Positions 47,809-57,471 of a stretch of 64,000 nucleotides of DNA are shown piece after piece; the stretch's first letter is position 1, and each line of letters begins with the position of its first letter. The DNA is taken from contig OZ241986.1 in NCBI GenBank assembly GCA_965204375.1, positions 2,816,001 to 2,880,000 of the forward strand. Direction: 5' to 3'. The notes beneath the pieces are model-generated. The model saw nothing but the letters and a program-made list of their open reading frames with translations, searched no databases and was not told the DNA's origin. Made by a program: the position numbers and the translations under genes. The DNA is from Candidatus Latescibacterota bacterium. Its GTDB lineage: Bacteria > Latescibacterota > UBA2968.

Positions 47809-49771
47809 AATTGCGGCGCTCCCCTCGGGTGGCTTCTCTGCTGCTGATGAGACGAATTCGTGACCCTCTTTCTGTATAGGAGACTACGAGAAATCTTCCT
47901 TTTGATGAAAGTCCCAAATCAATATACCGGTCTTCATTTATTGAATGATCTGGATCATAAACTGTAATAGCAAAAGGATCGTTAAAGATTGACGGGTCGG
48001 CAAAAAGTCTTAAAATCAAGGGAGAAAGCCCCCTGTAACCCCTTGTCGTGGGTACTTCAAATCGTCTGTTCATACGCCCTGATATAGGTTTGTAAGGCCC
48101 AATAACCCGCTGATGACCTTGCAAGGCACTCAAAAGCCTACCAAAAAGCTTTTGAGGGTAAAAGGACCCCCTATAGACAGCGACACGATGGATATTGAGA
48201 CCCAATGCGCTGAGCAAGACCCGATATTTTACCGCACCTTGCCCACGCACCCGCAGGTGAGCCAGTCCCATTTGATGCTTTAGACGCGATATGGTCGCTT
48301 CGATGCCAGCACGCCAGCGGTATTGGTCACGGAAGACATCAGACTGTTCAAACAGACGCCGGGCACGTTGCTTGACACGCTCGTGGGTATATTGGAGACG
48401 CGCTTTCCCTGGGATTGGACAGTGCTCTTGCAAGGGGCATTGGTCACATAAATCTGGGGCAAATCGAACCTGAAGGCGTTTCTTGCTCACAGACATCTCA
48501 AGGGGTGCATGGCCGGCTGGACATCGCTGGATGTGCCCAGATGCATCTACTTCAAAGTCCTCCAACGTCAATTTACCCTGACCTTTGCCCTTGGGGGGCA
48601 TCGACGGAGCCAACAACGTGACACCTCTATCTTTGGCCTGCGCGATACATTTTGTCGAACCGTAGTGCGTATCGGCCAGCAGATGCTTGGGCATCACGCC
48701 ACGGGCTTGTGTATCCTGTATGGCAGGTAAGAGGGCTTTACTGTCATGGACTGTCATCTTGCCAACGGCGATATGCGTGATCAGGTCTGGCAGGGCAACT
48801 TTAGACACGCCTGATGTGGCGTCCTGTGCCTCATCGTCTTTGTCGGTATCATCACAGAAGGTCTCCATGACCTGTATGAGGTAGCCCACCCCACGATGCT
48901 TATTATAGCTGGCGTCAGGATCGGCCGGATTAAGCGTATTATCACACGGTATCGCATGGGGATCCCGCATCTGGATGCTGCTTTGACCAGATGCGCCTTG
49001 TATGCGTTGGCACTGTTCTTCAAAAACACCTGCCAACAGATGGTAGCTGTCCAACTGCGCCGCTTCGGTTGGACAAAACAGCTTTAGCAATGCATCTATA
49101 TCGGCGGCGGCTTCTAACAATCGACACTTTGACTGGCTCGGTGTGGTTAAAGCGAAACACCCATCGCCTGTGCGGGCAACATACTTGCGCCACAAGTCAC
49201 AGTCCAGTTCCTGATACAACTCTGGGCAGGTTCGACGCAACTGGCGCAAGAATTTACTCATGGACTCGACCAGAATGCCCAAGCGTGTCAGGTTGCGCAT
49301 AAAGCTTTGGACACCCGTCGAGTCAATCCGCTGCTTGCGGGTATGAACCCCTACCGAATGAATGAGCTTGTCGGTCAGACTTTGGAAGAGCACCTCATCC
49401 AGGTGATGCTGAATCACCAAACGACGATAGGTGCGAAGCGTTCGCTCGCAAAAATAACAGTCGGCTTCACTGCGCACATCAAGGGCATACTGCCAAGCGA
49501 TGTTGAATGCAATGGCCTCCACTGTCTGTGCATCGGTCAAATCATGCAGTTGTTGCAGCACCAGTGCGCCGAGCACAACGTGGAGGTCTTTGCTGGGACG
49601 CCCAAAATTTTTGCTAAAATGGGGGGCCAGTGCCTCAACGGGCAGTTCCAAAAGCAGATACTCTCGGAAAACACCAGCCCAGGAACGATCAAGAAGTTGC
49701 TTGCGTTTAGCCCCAAGCTGTATCCAGAAATCCGGTGGGGCTGCCCTATCGTGGTCTCGTAAAGTAAGCAT
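47795..49771 (-). CDS. IS1182-family DDE transposase reading through the TIR into the BrnT C-terminus
   Basis: GRPS (DUF772-like), RIDST, LADTHYG, CP.GH/CDQCP, YRWRAGIEAT...K. No stop codon inside the element. Confidence 0.85.
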   Translation of the reverse strand: MLTLRDHDRAAPPDFWIQLGAKRKQLLDRSWAGVFREYLLLELPVEALAPHFSKNFGRPSKDLHVVLGALVLQQLHDLTDAQTVEAIAFNIAWQYALDVRSEADCYFCERTLRTYRRLVIQHHLDEVLFQSLTDKLIHSVGVHTRKQRIDSTGVQSFMRNLTRLGILVESMSKFLRQLRRTCPELYQELDCDLWRKYVARTGDGCFALTTPSQSKCRLLEAAADIDALLKLFCPTEAAQLDSYHLLAGVFEEQCQRIQGASGQSSIQMRDPHAIPCDNTLNPADPDASYNKHRGVGYLIQVMETFCDDTDKDDEAQDATSGVSKVALPDLITHIAVGKMTVHDSKALLPAIQDTQARGVMPKHLLADTHYGSTKCIAQAKDRGVTLLAPSMPPKGKGQGKLTLEDFEVDASGHIQRCPAGHAPLEMSVSKKRLQVRFAPDLCDQCPLQEHCPIPGKARLQYTHERVKQRARRLFEQSDVFRDQYRWRAGIEATISRLKHQMGLAHLRVRGQGAVKYRVLLSALGLNIHRVAVYRGSFYPQKLFGRLLSALQGHQRVIGPYKPISGRMNRRFEVPTTRGYRGLSPLILRLFADPSIFNDPFAITVYDPDHSINEDRYIDLGLSSKGRFLVVSYTERGSRIRLISSREATRGERRNYEGQ

Positions 49772-49830
49772 AAACGAAATATAGCTTACCAAAACTATCG
49801 GGGCAATCTCTGACTTTTTGCCGACCCGTC
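47991..49830 (-). mobile_element. Intact IS1182/IS5-like insertion sequence (1840 bp)
   Basis: Perfect 19-bp TIRs gacgggtcggcaaaaagtc / gactttttgccgacccgtc, flanked by the direct repeat aaagatt (47984-47990 and 49831-49837). Confidence 0.92.
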
Positions 49831-50020
49831 AAAGATTGTCTTTGCCTCTTCGAAACTGACACCGTGTTTTCTCTCATTCTCCCTGGATTTATTCTCATCC
49901 CATTCAAATATCAGTGACAAAGGTACATCTCCATTTTGCTTGATTTATTACATTTGTAATATTTCAATAATAGCCAAATTTCACGCGTACTACAAGAGAA
50001 GAAATCTGAAGGCTAAATAT

Positions 50021-51346
50021 ATGATCTGGCACATAATTCAAAAAATTGCATTGTGTGTTTTTGTCACGCTTATTGCGTGCGGTGGTGATAAACCCACAGA
50101 TCCAGAAAACGGGGATAATCCCACAGATAGTGGTCTGGATGCACACCGATTTGATATTACGGAAAATCAGACCAGTGATTTCGGTATGAACACGCCTGGT
50201 GGGCGCGGGGGCAGGATCATTCGGGTGACAAATCTATTGCCGAGTGGACAGGGATCACTGGATGCGGCGCTATCTGCAGCGGGATCGCGTATTGTAGTAT
50301 TTGAAGTGGGAGGGGTCATTGATCTGAACAAAACGCGGTTGAACATTCGCGACCCATTTGTAACCGTGGCCGGACAAACCGCGCCGAGTCCGGGCATTAC
50401 CATCATTCGCGGTGCAATTTCTATACAGACACACGATGTAATTTTACAGCATATTCGGGTGCGCCCAGGCGATGCGGGCGAAGCAAAAAGAAGTGGGTGG
50501 GAGCCAGATGGCATCTCCACAGCGGGTAGTGATGCGTACAATGTGTTGATCGATCACTGTTCTATTTCATGGGCAGTGGATGAAAATTTGAGCGCATCTG
50601 GACCAAACACCGAGGGACCTGATGCGACTTCTCGGCGCATCGCATTTGTCAATTGCATTATCGCCGAATGCCTGAATGATGCATCGCACAGCAAAGGTCC
50701 CCACTCCATGGGATCGCTGATTCACGACTTCTGCCGAGAAATCGCCATCATCGGCAATTTGTATGCCCACAATGCAAATCGCAATCCGTATTTCAAGGCA
50801 TTTACAACCGGGGTGATCGTGAACAATTTGATCTACAACCCGGGGGCGCGGGCGATTCAACTGAGTTTTTCAGATGCCGAATTTAGCGATACCAATCTCG
50901 TTCCACAAAATGCGCGTGTGAGCGTGGTGGGCAATGTAATGATTCACGGTAGCAATACGCGGTCGGGACTGGCACTGGTATCCTCAAAGGGCGATGCGTA
51001 TCTCGAAGATAATATCGCGCTGGATCGCATGGGGTCTCTTGTGCCTTTGACCTCGGGAAATATCCGCATTTTGGAAGAGAAACCCATCTGGGGTAACATC
51101 ACACCATTGCCTGCATCAGCAGTAGTGGAACATGTGGTACAAAGTGCAGGTGCGCGTCCAAAAGACCGCGATGAGACAGATCAGAGGATTATACGCGAGT
51201 TTCTCGATCGCGAGGGTCGGATGATAGATACTCAGAATGAAGTGGGTGGATATCCGCAGATTAATATGGTCAGAAGGCCGCTGGATATTCCCTCGGACGT
51301 GGATGCGTGGTTAGCGCGACTCGCGGCAGATATTGAAGGAAATTAA
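50021..51346 (+). CDS. Pectate lyase (PL1-like) lipoprotein
   Basis: LIAC lipobox, GGRGGRIIRVTNL, RIVVFEVGG.I, TVAGQTAP.PGI, IDHCSISWAVDE, RNP. Confidence 0.85.
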   Translation: MIWHIIQKIALCVFVTLIACGGDKPTDPENGDNPTDSGLDAHRFDITENQTSDFGMNTPGGRGGRIIRVTNLLPSGQGSLDAALSAAGSRIVVFEVGGVIDLNKTRLNIRDPFVTVAGQTAPSPGITIIRGAISIQTHDVILQHIRVRPGDAGEAKRSGWEPDGISTAGSDAYNVLIDHCSISWAVDENLSASGPNTEGPDATSRRIAFVNCIIAECLNDASHSKGPHSMGSLIHDFCREIAIIGNLYAHNANRNPYFKAFTTGVIVNNLIYNPGARAIQLSFSDAEFSDTNLVPQNARVSVVGNVMIHGSNTRSGLALVSSKGDAYLEDNIALDRMGSLVPLTSGNIRILEEKPIWGNITPLPASAVVEHVVQSAGARPKDRDETDQRIIREFLDREGRMIDTQNEVGGYPQINMVRRPLDIPSDVDAWLARLAADIEGN

Positions 51347-51381
51347 CCCTTCAAAGAAGAAAGGTCATAAGGAGAACACAA

Positions 51382-52254
51382 ATGCAAAAACGAACACTTG
51401 GACGCACTGGACATCAGAGCACAGTAGCGACCTTTGGCGCATTCTCGGTGGGATATGTAGATCAGGACGAAGCGGACCGCGCCATACAACTCGTCCTCGA
51501 CCACGGCGTAAACCACATCGACATCGCGCCGAGCTACGGACACGCAATGGAACGCGTAGCCCCGTGGATGCCCGACATACGGGACGACGTATTCCTCGGC
51601 TCAAAAACAACCGGTCGCACGCGCGACGAAGCGTGGCGGGACGTGGAACAAATGATGAAACGACTAAACGTCGAAAACTTTGACCTGTTCCAACTCCACT
51701 CAGTCGGCAATATATCCGAACTGGATAAAACCACCGCATCGGGTGGCGCACTCGAAACCCTGATAGAAATGCGCGAACAGGACTTGACCCAATGGCTGGG
51801 CATCACCGGACACGGGCCGCAGGTACCGAGTACCATCCTGGAAAGCCTCGGACGCTTCGACTTCGACACCGTCATGTTCCCGCTGAACCCGGCAAGCATG
51901 CGAGACGCGAACTATCGCCGGGACGCCGAAGCACTAATCGCCGAGGCAAATGAGCGCGACATCGGCATCCAAACAATCAAAATGATCGCACGCGGCGGCT
52001 GGGGTGAAAATTCAAAAGACTGCCACACCTGGTACGACCCGCACCGGGAACAAGAAGCCATTGACCGATCTCTTTGGTGGGTCCTATCACAGCCTGTACA
52101 CACCGCCCCTACCTGTGGTGAAATCAGCTTGCTGCCAAAAGTCCTCGACGCCGCCGAGCGATTCGTCCCCTTCACCCCTGACGAACAGGCCGCCGCCATC
52201 GCTGCACAGTGCCCACCTCAACCGCTTCCAGCACTGGCAATACCGGAAGTGTGA
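51382..52254 (+). CDS. Aldo/keto reductase
   Basis: KRTLGRTG, HIDIAPSYG, FLGSK, DLFQLH, GITGH. Confidence 0.92.
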   Translation: MQKRTLGRTGHQSTVATFGAFSVGYVDQDEADRAIQLVLDHGVNHIDIAPSYGHAMERVAPWMPDIRDDVFLGSKTTGRTRDEAWRDVEQMMKRLNVENFDLFQLHSVGNISELDKTTASGGALETLIEMREQDLTQWLGITGHGPQVPSTILESLGRFDFDTVMFPLNPASMRDANYRRDAEALIAEANERDIGIQTIKMIARGGWGENSKDCHTWYDPHREQEAIDRSLWWVLSQPVHTAPTCGEISLLPKVLDAAERFVPFTPDEQAAAIAAQCPPQPLPALAIPEV

Positions 52255-52319
52255 AGGATGAAGTGTGAAGGATGAAGTGTGAATATTCATCCGTAGGGGC
52301 GACCCCCTGTGGTCGCCCG
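52249..52319 (+). repeat. Alternating 7-mer array followed by a GTAG-type REP-like palindrome
   Basis: gtgtgaa-ggatgaa-gtgtgaa-ggatgaa-gtgtgaa, then gtaggggcgaccccctgtggtcgcccg (52293-52319). Confidence 0.82.
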
Positions 52320-52466
52320 AGCATCACAATATTAGGACACAAACTTTGCGTTGCCAACCGAGCAAAACTTTGGCATCATGCAAAAAGAGAGCATTGGACT
52401 CTGGCATTTTTCTTTTATAGACCAGGCCAGATCTGACAAACAACCATCCTTAGAAAGGAATTTATC

Positions 52467-52889
52467 ATGCTCAAGCAAATAGTCGGTGCAATTCTCACTA
52501 TTGTAGGGGTAGCGGTTGCCATCCACACCGTCATAGAACCGCTCTATCACGCCTCCAGCGATGGTCAGCCATACAGCCCATTTTGGGACATCCTGAATCT
52601 GTTGATGATACTATCAATCGTACTGGGCCTGATATTCGGATATACCCGCAAGAAAAGCGTTGATAGCGGCGACGCCATCACCCGCGAATACCTCGCCGCC
52701 AACATCCAGTTCTACGGCTTATTATTCGTCGGCATCCTGTTTTTCTGGAACTATTTCAATCTCCACAGTGATGCATTTACCGCAATAGGAGAAGAAACCG
52801 TATCTTTCGTGTGGATACTCATCGACGCCAGCCTCCCGCTACTTTTAGGCGCGACGGGCATATCCCTGCTGCGAAGCAACGACGAGTAA
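52467..52889 (+). CDS. Hypothetical membrane protein (about 4 TM)
   Basis: AAAGGA RBS, four hydrophobic stretches, abuts crcB. Confidence 0.7.
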   Translation: MLKQIVGAILTIVGVAVAIHTVIEPLYHASSDGQPYSPFWDILNLLMILSIVLGLIFGYTRKKSVDSGDAITREYLAANIQFYGLLFVGILFFWNYFNLHSDAFTAIGEETVSFVWILIDASLPLLLGATGISLLRSNDE

Positions 52890-52890
52890 A

Positions 52891-53259
52891 GTGGCGCAAC
52901 TACTATTCATAGCTGGCGGAGGTGCTCTGGGAGCCTTATTGCGCTATGGGATGTCCATGAGCATACACATCCTGTTCGGGCGCGGCTTTCCCTATGGCAC
53001 GCTCACGGTAAACGTCACCGGATCGATCCTCATGGGACTCCTTTACGTATGCCTCTCTGAATATATGGATATGCCCTGGCGCGATGGCCTGCTAATAGGT
53101 CTCCTGGGAGCGTTCACCACTTTTTCGACCTTTTCCATCGAAACCCTGCACTTGCTGGAAACGAATCACCCTGTACTCGCATTGCTGAACATCCTCTTAA
53201 GCGTCACCCTCTGCATCGCGGGGTGCTGGATCGGCATCGCAATCGGACGAGCACTATAA
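52891..53259 (+). CDS. crcB: Fluoride efflux channel Fluc/CrcB
   Basis: GGALGALLRY, FPYGTLTVN, GLLGAFTTFSTF. Confidence 0.95.
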   Translation: MAQLLFIAGGGALGALLRYGMSMSIHILFGRGFPYGTLTVNVTGSILMGLLYVCLSEYMDMPWRDGLLIGLLGAFTTFSTFSIETLHLLETNHPVLALLNILLSVTLCIAGCWIGIAIGRAL

Positions 53260-53370
53260 AGGAATTTATCATACCAAAAAAATTAAATCCAAAAGAACAC
53301 TCTGACCAATGGCGTGTATAAACAGCACAGACAGAAGACAGTTACAAACAGTTACATAAAGGAGAATTTC

Positions 53371-54591
53371 ATGGTCAAACGCATCATCGCCATTGGCATC
53401 ATCTTTTTCTGCATCGCAGTGGGCTGGATTATTCTGAGTGCCACCACCTACATACGCACAGAGGAACAGGACGACAAGCTCAAAAGTGCTGTGGGACACC
53501 TCTGGGGCACAGCGCAGACCCAGCGAGCACCGCAAATCTACTGGCTGGAGCGCGTCACCCATATCGAAACCATCGACGGCGAGTCTGTCTCGCGCACAGT
53601 AGAGGAGAAACATCTCCTGAACCTCAAAGCCAGTCGCATTGAAGTTGACCTCTCTTTGGAACACCGGCGCAAAGGCTTGCTGTGGTACTCCACCTACAAG
53701 GTCCAATTCGCAGCCTCTTACACCCTGATCAACCCCACCGACCAGAACCGGCACCTGTACTTCGACCTGGAACTGCCCGCCCCGCAGGCAGTGTACGACG
53801 ACTTCACCTTAACCGTTGACGGCCAATCCATTGCCGAACTCCCAATCCGCAACGGTCATTTAATCCAACCCATCGATCTATCACCTGGACAGGAACTCTC
53901 CATTGACCTCTCCTATCACTCCCAGGGCCTGGACGAATGGCGATACAGTTTTGGGGACCACGTCAACCAGGTATCGGACTTTGAACTGGTGATGCATACG
54001 GACTTCGCCGCCATTGACTTTCCCCAAAACAGCATGTCTCCCACCTCGAGGACCCGCGATGGCGACGCCTGGACCCTGACGTGGAAATACAATCATCTTC
54101 TCACCGGCATTGACCTGGGAATGATCCTCCCGGCCCGTCTCAATCCCGGACCCTGGGTCGGCAAAGTCGTTGCCGCCGCCCCCATCTCCCTCTTTCTTTT
54201 TTTCTTTTTGCTCTTTATCTTTTCCATTGTGCGCGGCCTCGACCTGCACCCGATGCACTATTTCTTCATCGGTGCCGCCTTCTTCAGTTTTCACCTGGTA
54301 CTGGCTTATCTGGTTGACCACCTGATCATCCACTACGCATTTGTCCTGTCTTCGGCGGTCTCCATTGCCCTCGTCATCTCGTACATGAGACTGGTCCTGG
54401 GCACGCGCCTGGCATTTGTCGAAATTGGCCTGGGGCAATTTGTCTATCTCGTGATGTTTTCCTACACCTTTTTCTTTCCAGGCTACACCGGACTGGCCGT
54501 CACCCTCTTGTGTATTGCGACCCTATTCGCTGTCATGCAATTCACTGGCCGCATCGACTGGAACACAGTATTTAATAAGGAATCACTGTAA
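53371..54591 (+). CDS. Inner membrane CreD-like protein
   Basis: RRKGLLWY, LHPMHY, F.FHL.LAYLVDH, multiple C-terminal TMs. AAGGAG RBS. Confidence 0.72.
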   Translation: MVKRIIAIGIIFFCIAVGWIILSATTYIRTEEQDDKLKSAVGHLWGTAQTQRAPQIYWLERVTHIETIDGESVSRTVEEKHLLNLKASRIEVDLSLEHRRKGLLWYSTYKVQFAASYTLINPTDQNRHLYFDLELPAPQAVYDDFTLTVDGQSIAELPIRNGHLIQPIDLSPGQELSIDLSYHSQGLDEWRYSFGDHVNQVSDFELVMHTDFAAIDFPQNSMSPTSRTRDGDAWTLTWKYNHLLTGIDLGMILPARLNPGPWVGKVVAAAPISLFLFFFLLFIFSIVRGLDLHPMHYFFIGAAFFSFHLVLAYLVDHLIIHYAFVLSSAVSIALVISYMRLVLGTRLAFVEIGLGQFVYLVMFSYTFFFPGYTGLAVTLLCIATLFAVMQFTGRIDWNTVFNKESL

Positions 54592-56027
54592 TGAGTATAT
54601 CAGTAGAGAAAATCGATCTCAACGTTTTGAACATGCACACGCGATTTCCGTTTAAATACGGAATAGCATCGCTCGTGGCATTGCCCCATTTATTTGTGCG
54701 AGCGCGGGTCAAAGTCGCTGGAAAAACAGAAATTGGATTGGCTGCAGAGGGATTGCCGCCAAAGTGGTTCACCAAAAATCCAGACGCGCCATTTGAGTCT
54801 GATCTGGATGAAATGCTCACCGTTATTCAAAATGCCTGTGATATCGCCCTGCACAGCGATACAGAAAATTCGGTATTTGATCTCTGGAAAACGATTTATG
54901 CCAAACAGCGCACCTGGGCAAAAACAACGGCCTATCCGCCGCTCTTATGGTCATTCGGCGTCAGCATGATCGAACGCGCAGTGATCGACGCCTTCTGCAG
55001 GGCAAAAGGCGTGACATTTGCACAGGCAGTAAAAGAAAATGTATTGGACATTCGCCTTGCCGATATCCACGGCGAATTGCACGGCAATGCCCCTGGCGAT
55101 CTCTTGCCACACGCGGCGCGGCGATCAATCACCGTGCGGCACACCGTGGGCCTCGCCGATCCCTTGACCGACGAGGACATCGCGGACGAAGACCGCGTAG
55201 ATGACGGCCTGCCCCAATCATTAGCCGCAAATATCGAAGCCTATCAGTTGACACATCTAAAAATTAAGCTGTGCGGCGACGCAGAACAGGACCTTGCTCG
55301 CCTTCGGCAAATCGCGGACCTGATGCCCGATCAATGCGCCTTCACACTCGATGGCAACGAACAGTACACAGAGGTCGAACCCTTTAGAAATCTCTGGAAC
55401 ACCATTCAAGGTGATACAGTGCTCTCGTCTTTTATGGAAGGACTGATCTTTGTCGAGCAACCCCTTCACCGCGACATGGCCCTCAGCGCAACCGTCAAAT
55501 CCGTATTGACAGATTGGACCGACCGTCCCCCGATGATCATCGACGAATCCGACGGCGCACTCGACAGCGCAACGCAGGCATTGGATTGCGGGTACGTGGG
55601 CACGAGCCACAAAAACTGTAAAGGCATTTTCAAGGGCATTGCCAATGCGTGCTTAATCGCCCATCGCCAACAACGCGACCCCTCGGGAACATATATCTTA
55701 AGCAGTGAAGACCTCGCCAATGTCGGCCCCGTGGCTCTGTTGCAGGACCTCGCGGTACTCGCTGTATTGGGCGTAGATCACTCAGAGCGCAACGGACATC
55801 ACTATTTTGCGGGCCTGGACATGTATCCCGAAGCCATCCAAAAACAAGTACTCGCCCATCACAGCACCCTTTATCGCCAACACGCGCGGGGCTTTCCCAT
55901 TCTAAATGTGCACAATGGCACACTCAACGTAGAAAGCGTCGTCGAAGCACCATTTGGTTATGGCTTTGAACTGGACACCCTTCAATTTACCCCCCTCGCG
56001 GACTGGACCATAGATGAATTGACCTGA
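54591..56027 (+). CDS. Enolase-superfamily-like hypothetical protein
   Basis: LKIKL, TLDGNEQY, FVEQP, IIDES, SHKNCKG, ERNGHHY. Confidence 0.65.
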   Translation: MSISVEKIDLNVLNMHTRFPFKYGIASLVALPHLFVRARVKVAGKTEIGLAAEGLPPKWFTKNPDAPFESDLDEMLTVIQNACDIALHSDTENSVFDLWKTIYAKQRTWAKTTAYPPLLWSFGVSMIERAVIDAFCRAKGVTFAQAVKENVLDIRLADIHGELHGNAPGDLLPHAARRSITVRHTVGLADPLTDEDIADEDRVDDGLPQSLAANIEAYQLTHLKIKLCGDAEQDLARLRQIADLMPDQCAFTLDGNEQYTEVEPFRNLWNTIQGDTVLSSFMEGLIFVEQPLHRDMALSATVKSVLTDWTDRPPMIIDESDGALDSATQALDCGYVGTSHKNCKGIFKGIANACLIAHRQQRDPSGTYILSSEDLANVGPVALLQDLAVLAVLGVDHSERNGHHYFAGLDMYPEAIQKQVLAHHSTLYRQHARGFPILNVHNGTLNVESVVEAPFGYGFELDTLQFTPLADWTIDELT

Positions 56028-56109
56028 GAACGACTCATTGTACCCCGTTGTCTTCGCAGTGTGACATAATCCGTGTAATCCTTTAATCCCCTTAATCGGC
56101 GATCAAACA

Positions 56110-57471
56110 ATGACCATAAACTGGCACCACATCGAAAAAGAAGTAACGAATTTCTTACAACACCTGATTCGGTGTAACACGACCAATCCTCCGGGCAATG
56201 AAATCCTGTGTGCAAATTATATTGCCGATATATTGAAGCGCGAGGGCATTGATCCTGTGATCACAGAATCAGAACCCGGACGCGGAAATGTCACAGCGCG
56301 CTTAAAAGGTGGAAACGCGCCCGCGCTCATGCTATTGGGACATACAGACGTCGTCGCCGTAGAACCCGATAAATGGTCGCGCGATCCTTTCGGAGGAGAA
56401 TTGCACAACGGCTATATCTGGGGGCGCGGCGCACTGGACATGAAAAACATGGTCGCGGCAGAACTCATGGTCTTCTTGCTCTTGAAACGGCAGGGAGTGG
56501 CACTAAACCGCGACGTAATCTATGCGGCAACCGCAGATGAAGAAGCCGGCAGAGGAAACCACGGCATCGGTTGGCTCATCGATCACCATCCCGAACAAGT
56601 CAATGCAAAATACGTATTGACAGAAGGCGGAGGCGGTGATTTTTATGTAAATGGAAAACACTTTTATACGTGTCAAACGGGACAAAAGGGCATTTTTCGC
56701 TTTCGACTAAAAGCAAAAGGACGCCCAGGACACGGCTCCCGTCCACACCGCGACAATGCAGTCGTCAAACTCAGCCGCGCCATTGCTGCTTTGGGACAGG
56801 CAAAACTTCCAATGCACCCCTCTAAAACACTGCGCGCGTTTTTAGAAGGCATTGCAGCGACGCAAGACAATGAGACTGCACAACAGTTGCGTCGAGTACT
56901 CGATGCAGAAAACAGTGAGAACGCATTGCAAAAATTGCCCCTCGGTTCAGATATGATCGCCTCACTGCGTGCCCTATTGCAAAATACGATTTCGCCGACG
57001 ATCCTGGAAGCAGGCAGTAAAATCAATGTCATACCCGCCGAAGCAACTGCGCGGATCGATGGCCGGCTCGCGCCCGGTCAGACCGACAAAAGCTTTGAAG
57101 CCGAAATCCGATCCTCGATTGGCGACGAAATTGAGCTTATTGTGGACCAGTATAGCCCACCTTTAGAAGCCAGTACAGATTCGCCCCTATATGAAACCAT
57201 CGTCCATGTAATGGCAGAACGAGACCCAGACGCCACCGTAGTCCCCGCGCTAATGACCGGAGGCACAGACGCCAAGCATATTTGTCCGCGCTGGCCCCAC
57301 GTACAGGTTTACGGATTTATGCCCCACCGACAAGTGCGGGAAGAAAAAGAAATGAATCTGATACACGGACATAACGAGCGCACCTCAGTCGAAAATCTCG
57401 TCTTTGCAACGCGGATTTTATACGATATTGTAACGCGATTTTGCCAATCCTCACCGGGAGATAACGCATGA
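56110..57471 (+). CDS. M20/M25/M40-family metallopeptidase
   Basis: NPPGNE, GHTDVV, WGRGALDMK, ADEE, GHGS, GGTD, HGHNER. Confidence 0.92.
   Translation: MTINWHHIEKEVTNFLQHLIRCNTTNPPGNEILCANYIADILKREGIDPVITESEPGRGNVTARLKGGNAPALMLLGHTDVVAVEPDKWSRDPFGGELHNGYIWGRGALDMKNMVAAELMVFLLLKRQGVALNRDVIYAATADEEAGRGNHGIGWLIDHHPEQVNAKYVLTEGGGGDFYVNGKHFYTCQTGQKGIFRFRLKAKGRPGHGSRPHRDNAVVKLSRAIAALGQAKLPMHPSKTLRAFLEGIAATQDNETAQQLRRVLDAENSENALQKLPLGSDMIASLRALLQNTISPTILEAGSKINVIPAEATARIDGRLAPGQTDKSFEAEIRSSIGDEIELIVDQYSPPLEASTDSPLYETIVHVMAERDPDATVVPALMTGGTDAKHICPRWPHVQVYGFMPHRQVREEKEMNLIHGHNERTSVENLVFATRILYDIVTRFCQSSPGDNA

Larger units (their letters stand above)
47795..49920 (-). pseudogene. BrnT toxin gene split by an IS insertion
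   Basis: 5' part (TTG 49920, GGAG RBS) MSLIFEWDENKSRENERKHGVSFEEAKTIF. 3' part NDPFA...DPDHSINEDRY..LG.S...LVVSYTER..RIRLIS.R.AT..ER..YE. Confidence 0.88.

Noticed and set aside
52320-52890. Fluoride riboswitch upstream of crcB
   Set aside because: I could not find the GGCGATGG...TGATG/TAATG consensus with its pairing. An Infernal search with the Rfam crcB model would be decisive.
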